A stretch of DNA of 34,701 nucleotides from a virus: IMG/VR virus record IMGVR_UViG_3300033998_000166, positions 1-34,701 of that record, one strand, 5' to 3'. The number at the start of each line of letters is the position of its first letter. The first letter of the stretch is position 1. Positions 29,297 through 34,701 of the stretch are shown here, piece after piece. Under the pieces are notes generated by a model. That model saw only the letters and a program-made list of their open reading frames with translations, had not been told where the DNA came from and did not search any database. A program made the translations under genes and the position numbers.

Positions 29297-31414
29297 GTGA
29301 ATATCATCGCCGAGACTATAAAAGGAATTAACGTCGTTATTGGTGCAGAAACAACCGGCCTCAGTGCAGCCCTAAGCGACGTAAATAAAAAATCAAAAGA
29401 GATACAATCCGAATTAAAGCAGGTGGAACGCCTGCTTAAATTTGATCCTTCTAATACTGAGCTTTTAGCGCAAAAGCATAAACTCTTGGGCGATGCGGTT
29501 GCTAACACAAGAGAAAAACTTGAGCGATTAAAGGCGGCTCAAGAGCAGGTAAACGAGCAATTTCAGAAGGGCGAAATATCGGAAGGGCAATATAGGGCAT
29601 TTCAGCGAGAAATAGCAAAGACAGAGCAAGAATTACAGCGGCTGGAAGAACAGCTGAAAAAATCTCACCCCACCTTGGAGGCCTTCGGAGCGAAGGCTAA
29701 AGAAGTTGGCGAGAAACTTTCTACTGTTGGTGGCAACCTGACAAAGTATGTCACTGCTCCACTTGCCGCCGCAGGAGCTGGGTTATTGGCAGTAGGCAGC
29801 CAGTTTGATGACGCATTCGATAAAATACGCACCGGCACCGGAGCCACCGGTGAAGCTCTGGAGGAACTCAAGGAAGATTTTCGAGCAGTGGCCAAAGAAG
29901 TTCCGGCAAGTTTTGAAGATATTGCTACCGCCATAGCGGATTATAATACCCGTCTGGGGCTTTCCGGCGAGGCACTTCAAAAACTTTCTGCTCAAACCTT
30001 GGAACTCGCTCGCATCACCGGCCAGGACCTGGCGACCGTAATTGAAAATACATCGCAGTCTTTTCAGGCATTTCAGCTTCCTACTCAAGAATACGGAAAT
30101 GCTTTGGACTTCGTATTCAAGGTATCGCAATCCACCGGTATATCATTGCAGCAGCTTCAGCAGGACCTTATTAAATTTGCTCCTGCTTTACAGCAACTTG
30201 GTCTCGGATTTCAGGAAAGTGCCACTCTTATCGGCCAGCTTGAAAAAGCTGGCGTGAATGTAGAACAGGTCCTTTCCGGTCTAAATAAAGCAGTAGCAAC
30301 GATGGCAAAGGAAGGCGTTAAAGATGCCAATGAAGCGATAAAACTTTTGTTTGAGCAAATAAAAAATGCTCCGACGGATATCCAAGCTACTCAAGTTGCT
30401 ATAGATACTTTCGGTGCTAGAGCAGGACCAGCTTTGGCTACAGCAATTCGAGAAGGTAAGCTGGAATATCAGGACCTTTTAGCTACTTTGCAGGGCAGCA
30501 ACGAAACCATCCTTGGCGTGGCTAACGATACCAAGGACTGGGCGGAAAGGCTGGCAGAGCTTAAAAATAATGTAATGCTAGCATTAGAACCTATTGGCGA
30601 ACAGTTTTTTGGCGCCATAAATGACCTTATCCCGCTTATAAAAGACGTGACTGCTTTCATTGCCGGCTTAATCGAGAAATTCGCCAACCTTCCTGGGCCA
30701 GTTCAAGAAGCAATATTAATTGCTGGTGTTTTGGTGGCAGCTTTAGGCCCAGTTCTGTCGCTTGTCGGGTCCCTCATCACTACCATTGGCACCTTGACGC
30801 CCATGTTTGCCGCACTGTCCGGGCCTATCGGCATCGCAGTGGCCGCCATAGCTGGCCTGACTGCGGCAGGAGTAGCATTGTATCAAAATTGGGACACTAT
30901 TAAGGCGCGTATATCTTCCATCTGGAACAGCATAAAAGAAACCGCCTCCAAGGTGTGGGGCAGCATCAAAGACACCATAAAAGGAACGATAAACAGTATA
31001 ATTGGCTTTATAAATAAATGGATACGTGCCTTGAATAATATCAAAATCCATGTGCCATCCATCAATATTCCTTTGGTCGGCACCGTCGGGGGATGGACCA
31101 TAGGTCTGCCCCATATCCCAGAAATACCAATGCTAGCCGAAGGTGGAATTGTTACGAAACAGACATTGGCGATGATTGGTGAGAAGGAGCCTGAAGCAGT
31201 AATTCCATTGCGGGAATTGCGGAGCATTATCGCTGACATACTTGAAGAACAGCGTGCGAAGATAGAATTACAAAGCAGATTAGCAACTGCCGGAGGTCCT
31301 GAAGTGCATTTGCATATAGGAACCCTTGTTGCGGATCCACTGGGCCTGAAAGAGCTGGAACGGACATTGCAAAGATATCGCATTGGAGAAATCCAGCGGA
31401 TAGGAGGCCAATAA
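29297..31414 (+). CDS. Tape measure protein (start uncertain)
   Basis: The N-terminus (V)NIIAETIKGINVVIGAETTGLS...ELKQVERLLKFDP is typical of Firmicutes tape measure proteins. It has coiled coils and C-terminal hydrophobic segments. The ORF-track start 29186 overlaps the antisense lipoprotein gene. Confidence 0.85.
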   Translation: MNIIAETIKGINVVIGAETTGLSAALSDVNKKSKEIQSELKQVERLLKFDPSNTELLAQKHKLLGDAVANTREKLERLKAAQEQVNEQFQKGEISEGQYRAFQREIAKTEQELQRLEEQLKKSHPTLEAFGAKAKEVGEKLSTVGGNLTKYVTAPLAAAGAGLLAVGSQFDDAFDKIRTGTGATGEALEELKEDFRAVAKEVPASFEDIATAIADYNTRLGLSGEALQKLSAQTLELARITGQDLATVIENTSQSFQAFQLPTQEYGNALDFVFKVSQSTGISLQQLQQDLIKFAPALQQLGLGFQESATLIGQLEKAGVNVEQVLSGLNKAVATMAKEGVKDANEAIKLLFEQIKNAPTDIQATQVAIDTFGARAGPALATAIREGKLEYQDLLATLQGSNETILGVANDTKDWAERLAELKNNVMLALEPIGEQFFGAINDLIPLIKDVTAFIAGLIEKFANLPGPVQEAILIAGVLVAALGPVLSLVGSLITTIGTLTPMFAALSGPIGIAVAAIAGLTAAGVALYQNWDTIKARISSIWNSIKETASKVWGSIKDTIKGTINSIIGFINKWIRALNNIKIHVPSINIPLVGTVGGWTIGLPHIPEIPMLAEGGIVTKQTLAMIGEKEPEAVIPLRELRSIIADILEEQRAKIELQSRLATAGGPEVHLHIGTLVADPLGLKELERTLQRYRIGEIQRIGGQ

Positions 31415-31415
31415 T

Positions 31416-31769
31416 ATGGCTGTTTTCATTGATGGCGTAGAGATAATGAATCCGTCCGACAGGAAAGTAATAATGTTTGATATCGAGCAAGAGGATCGCA
31501 CAGCCTCCGGGCGATTAGTATCGGATTACGTTGCTACCAAGCGGATATTACAATTAAGCTGGAGTATTATTAAGCATGATGACTTAAAGCAAATCCTGGA
31601 TATTTTGGCATCAAGAAGATATCACACAATTGTTTACCCCGACCCGCAGAGTGGAGAAACACATACTATCACGGCTAAAGTAAGCGGCAATATCCAGATT
31701 GGCTCATGGCGTGTTATAGGCGGCGTTAGGTACTGGAAAGATGTTTCATTATCGCTAGTAGAGCGATAG
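31416..31769 (+). CDS. Small tail protein at the distal-tail-protein position
   Basis: It follows the tape measure directly. At 117 aa it is shorter than a typical distal tail protein. Confidence 0.55.
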   Translation: MAVFIDGVEIMNPSDRKVIMFDIEQEDRTASGRLVSDYVATKRILQLSWSIIKHDDLKQILDILASRRYHTIVYPDPQSGETHTITAKVSGNIQIGSWRVIGGVRYWKDVSLSLVER

Positions 31770-31781
31770 GAGGTGTATACT

Positions 31782-32126
31782 ATGGCCCGAGTAAGCCTTG
31801 CACGGCAACAATTGTCCGACACCGGCCTTGTGGCGGCATATTCGCCTGCCGTGGCCGAAGGTCACGCTGTTGAAAACAACGGCAAAGTGATACTGCACGT
31901 GAAAAATGATTCAGAAGCGGATGTAACCGTGACAATCTTGAGCGGTTATACCGTAAATGGCCTAAAGTTGGCCGACAGAGTAGTAACCGTCCCTGCTGGC
32001 AAATCCGTTTTTATTGGGCCGCTTGACCCCAAAATATACAATCAGAATGACGGCCTTGCCGGTCAAGTGGCGATAGACTACTCATCGGTGGAAGGAGTAT
32101 CCGTGGCAGCCTTATTGATTCCGTGA
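31782..32126 (+). CDS. Hypothetical tail-associated protein
   Basis: ATG 31782 lies 6 nt after TAGGAGGTG. Confidence 0.55.
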   Translation: MARVSLARQQLSDTGLVAAYSPAVAEGHAVENNGKVILHVKNDSEADVTVTILSGYTVNGLKLADRVVTVPAGKSVFIGPLDPKIYNQNDGLAGQVAIDYSSVEGVSVAALLIP

Positions 32127-32137
32127 GGTGATGCCGA

Positions 32138-34701
32138 ATGTATCCCGTCACCGCAGATTTTGTCTCCAAAATGCGCGCCGACGAGCGCCGTATTCATGCA
32201 CGTATAGAAATAGACTACACAGACCCGTTTCTAGACCAGAGCATACAGGTGGAGGCCTCCGAACAAGCGAATGTATCCTACCCCGCCCAAACCGCCGATG
32301 CAGTATCCGAGCCTTTCGCAAAGATAGCATCCCTGGACGGCTCCTGGGTGCTGGACGGCAGCTTTGCACTTGCACCGGACCCCGAGGAAGCCGACCAATA
32401 CCAAATGGGCTGGTGGGGGTCGCAGTTGGCAGACGAAAACGGGAACTTTGCAGAGCCTTACCCCAGATTGACCGTTACCCACTTCGCAAGGCCGATACAC
32501 AGCTTGAAGGTGGTAGGTGATAGCAAGCGTGGCGAGTGGCCGGTGGACTTCAGAATAGATTTGTACGGGCCTGACGACACGCTACTGTATACGGAAAACG
32601 TCGTCGGCAATACAGAAGTAGCATGGAGCAAAAACCTTGCCACGCCTGTATTGGACGTTGTGAAGCAGGTGCTTACAATTACGAAGTGGAGCCATGCTGG
32701 ACGGCAGGCCAAGATTTTGGAGTTCTTCACGAGCGTGCAGGAAGTATACGAAGGCGACGACATACTTCTCATACACCTGCTGGAAGAAAGGGAAGTGTCG
32801 CAGGGGAGCTTGCCGGTGGGGAATATAAGTGCGAATGAGATAGACATACGTCTTAATAACGAAAGCAGAAAATTCGATGCGGGTAACACACAAAGCCCAT
32901 TGTATCGGCTTTTAAAACAAAATAGGCGTATTCGGGCGTGGCTTGGGACAGAAGCAGAGAATAACTACACGGACAAACCTCCTACCTTCATCCGCAATAG
33001 CATCGCCTACAAGTCTGACGGCACGCAGGTTGCAGCGAATCAGCCTCGTTTCGAGCCTGGCGTATTCGGTCAGGCGGTGCTGGTGGAGGGAGGGACGACG
33101 AATTACATTCCTGATTCAGACGGCAACGGCAATCCGGACGGTTGGCACTGTACATGGAACCGTCGAGGTGTAGCTCCAGCAGTAAAGGAATTTATCACAG
33201 TTTCGGGTATTCCAGGTAAGGTACTGCACATTCAGGATACCTCAGCAGCTACGCAGACTGGAGGCTGTCAGACTTGGGGAGGACTTGTACCTCTAAATCG
33301 GGACGTTTCAGGCAAAACTTTCACTCTAAGCTTTTGGATTAGAGGGACTTATGTAGGTTGTGGTAAAGGAGCACTAAAGGTAGCCTGGCGTGATTCTTCA
33401 GGAAACATCATAACTATGAATTCTGCCACTTGGAGTGTTACTTCTGACTGGCGAAGAATTGTTTACTCAGTTACTGCTCCTAGCGGAGCTTACAATGCAT
33501 ACGTTTATATATATCTTGTCGATAATCTTGACACTGGCGATTCCTATGATGTTTACTGCGGTGGATTGCAATTTGAAGAGAAGCCGTATGCTACATCCTG
33601 GGCAGGCATGGGGGCTACCCGTTCCCCCGAGACCCTTACCATCCCCGGCTCTGTGCTGAACCCGCAGGAGGGAACGATTGAGTTTTGGGTAAAGCCTCTT
33701 ATAGTGACAAATTACAACCAGTTCTTCTTGATGCCGACAAGCAATGGCAGGTTTTTGCTATACTTCAACAGTTCAGGGTCCGCCCGCTTTGATTACGGTC
33801 CTAATGTCAGCGGCCCCGCCGTGGGAATCATTATGGCAAACAACTGGTATCACATTGTCTTACGCTGGTCTGCAACAACCGGGAAGCAGGCGATATTTGT
33901 AAACGGAGTCAAAGACGAGAAAAATTTGCCTAATGGTGTGGCTAGTAGTTTCCCGACAACTGTATCTATCGTAAATAATTACAGTGCATACATCGACGAC
34001 CTCCGCATCTCCAGCATTGCACGCAGCGATGAGGAGATACTGGCAGCATACCAGAGCGGACAGCCGTTGCCGGTGGATGAGTGGACGACGTATAAGCTTA
34101 CGTTCAACGGGAGCATCTACCCCGTAGAAAAAGTTTGGATTCCCCTCGGCACCTTCTGGTCCGGCGACTGGTCCGCCCCGGAGGACGGCGTGTATGCACA
34201 GACCACCGGTAGGGACAGGCTGGAACTGCTCCGCAAGAGCACCTACAGCACGTCGCAGGTGCAGCAGAACAAGACACTATACGACCTTGCCGTTGCAGTT
34301 TTGCAGGATGCGGGCCTGAAGCCCGAGGAATACTGGGTAGACCCGGAACTGCAAAACTACGTAGTGCCCTATGCCTATTTTGAGCCGCAATCGCACCGTG
34401 AGGCTCTCCGCAAAATTGCTGAAGCCTGCCTCGGGCAAGTTTACTGCGACCGCAACGGCATCGTGCGAGTAGAAGGGCCTTCATACTTGGCTAGCAAGAC
34501 CGAAGCGGAGCTTGAAATTACCGCCGACGACTACTTCAGGAAGGACAATCCGGTCAAGTGGTCGGAGATAGCGAACTATATCGAAGTAGAGACACAGCCG
34601 TTGCGGCCAGTAGACACACCGCAGGAGGTATACCGTTCAAACGAGCCTGTCTCTATTCAGGCGGGACAGACGGTGACAATAACGGCCTACTACAACGAAA
34701 C
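32138..34701 (+). CDS. Tail-tip / host-specificity protein (N-terminal 855 codons; continues at 1..596)
   Basis: My own translation from ATG 32138 finds no stop up to the window end. The ORF is absent from the ORF track because it is open-ended. It contains a CBM-like segment (about 33100-33590). It also contains a LamG/concanavalin-like segment at about 33660-34060 (FWVKP...NNWYHIVLRWS...IFVNG...YIDDLRISS). Confidence 0.85.
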   Translation, partial: MYPVTADFVSKMRADERRIHARIEIDYTDPFLDQSIQVEASEQANVSYPAQTADAVSEPFAKIASLDGSWVLDGSFALAPDPEEADQYQMGWWGSQLADENGNFAEPYPRLTVTHFARPIHSLKVVGDSKRGEWPVDFRIDLYGPDDTLLYTENVVGNTEVAWSKNLATPVLDVVKQVLTITKWSHAGRQAKILEFFTSVQEVYEGDDILLIHLLEEREVSQGSLPVGNISANEIDIRLNNESRKFDAGNTQSPLYRLLKQNRRIRAWLGTEAENNYTDKPPTFIRNSIAYKSDGTQVAANQPRFEPGVFGQAVLVEGGTTNYIPDSDGNGNPDGWHCTWNRRGVAPAVKEFITVSGIPGKVLHIQDTSAATQTGGCQTWGGLVPLNRDVSGKTFTLSFWIRGTYVGCGKGALKVAWRDSSGNIITMNSATWSVTSDWRRIVYSVTAPSGAYNAYVYIYLVDNLDTGDSYDVYCGGLQFEEKPYATSWAGMGATRSPETLTIPGSVLNPQEGTIEFWVKPLIVTNYNQFFLMPTSNGRFLLYFNSSGSARFDYGPNVSGPAVGIIMANNWYHIVLRWSATTGKQAIFVNGVKDEKNLPNGVASSFPTTVSIVNNYSAYIDDLRISSIARSDEEILAAYQSGQPLPVDEWTTYKLTFNGSIYPVEKVWIPLGTFWSGDWSAPEDGVYAQTTGRDRLELLRKSTYSTSQVQQNKTLYDLAVAVLQDAGLKPEEYWVDPELQNYVVPYAYFEPQSHREALRKIAEACLGQVYCDRNGIVRVEGPSYLASKTEAELEITADDYFRKDNPVKWSEIANYIEVETQPLRPVDTPQEVYRSNEPVSIQAGQTVTITAYYNE
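34575..34701. repeat. Terminal overlap identical to 1..127
   Basis: 127/127 identity. Confidence 0.95.

Noticed and set aside
34104-34484. 126-aa antisense ORF near the 3' end of the window
   Set aside because: It lies opposite the continuous tail-tip ORF and is Arg/Cys/Pro-rich, which is typical of the antisense of GC-rich coding sequence.
32138-34701. Diversity-generating retroelement targeting the lectin-like tail domains
   Set aside because: No reverse transcriptase gene is present in the genome, and I could not find a template/variable repeat pair.

Overview
The window is a complete, circularly closed genome of a temperate siphovirus-type phage. Bases 1-127 are identical to 34575-34701, giving a unit length of about 34,574 bp. 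The host is probably a Gram-positive, Clostridia-class bacterium. That is inferred from strong GGAGG ribosome-binding sites (RBS), Cu-amine-oxidase-N-like wall-binding domains and an ArpU/RinA-type late regulator.

Gene order on the + strand, unless noted:
- Tail fibres at 596-1702, a three-domain endolysin and a holin.
- A self-contained accessory operon at 3752-4750, then a membrane-anchored accessory protein.
- attP carrying the 3' part of a tRNA-Leu, flanked by arm-type repeats.
- Integrase and CI-like repressor on the - strand, with divergent near-identical promoters.
- Cro-like and Xis-like HTH genes and an early/replication module: SNF2 helicase, Gp157-like protein and two unknown proteins.
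- A 1.1-kb ORF-free, motif-dense region at 12762-13882, then a small 4-Cys protein and tRNA-Gln(UUG).
- A Toprim/P-loop primase-helicase and an iteron origin at 17310-17639.
- Small early genes, a VRR-NUC nuclease and an ArpU-like late activator.
- HNH, terS, terL, portal, protease, HK97-type capsid and head-tail joining genes, followed by the major tail protein.
- A tail chaperone with a frameshift extension, an antisense lipoprotein gene, and the tape measure.
- A roughly 1010-aa tail-tip protein that runs through the circular junction.

Most interesting observations:
1. The 1.1-kb G-over-C-skewed, CGATGC-dense non-coding region lies beside the tRNA. It sits directly downstream of a protein with RAMP-like sequence signatures.
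2. The post-lysis operon has the architecture of an acr-aca-type autoregulated anti-defence locus.
3. The endolysin combines an S8 protease domain with an amidase domain.
4. A lipoprotein gene is inserted antisense between the tail chaperone and the tape measure.
5. The chaperone frameshift needs a +1 or -2 shift, not a -1 shift.

All functional calls come from motif recognition by eye. No database search was run.
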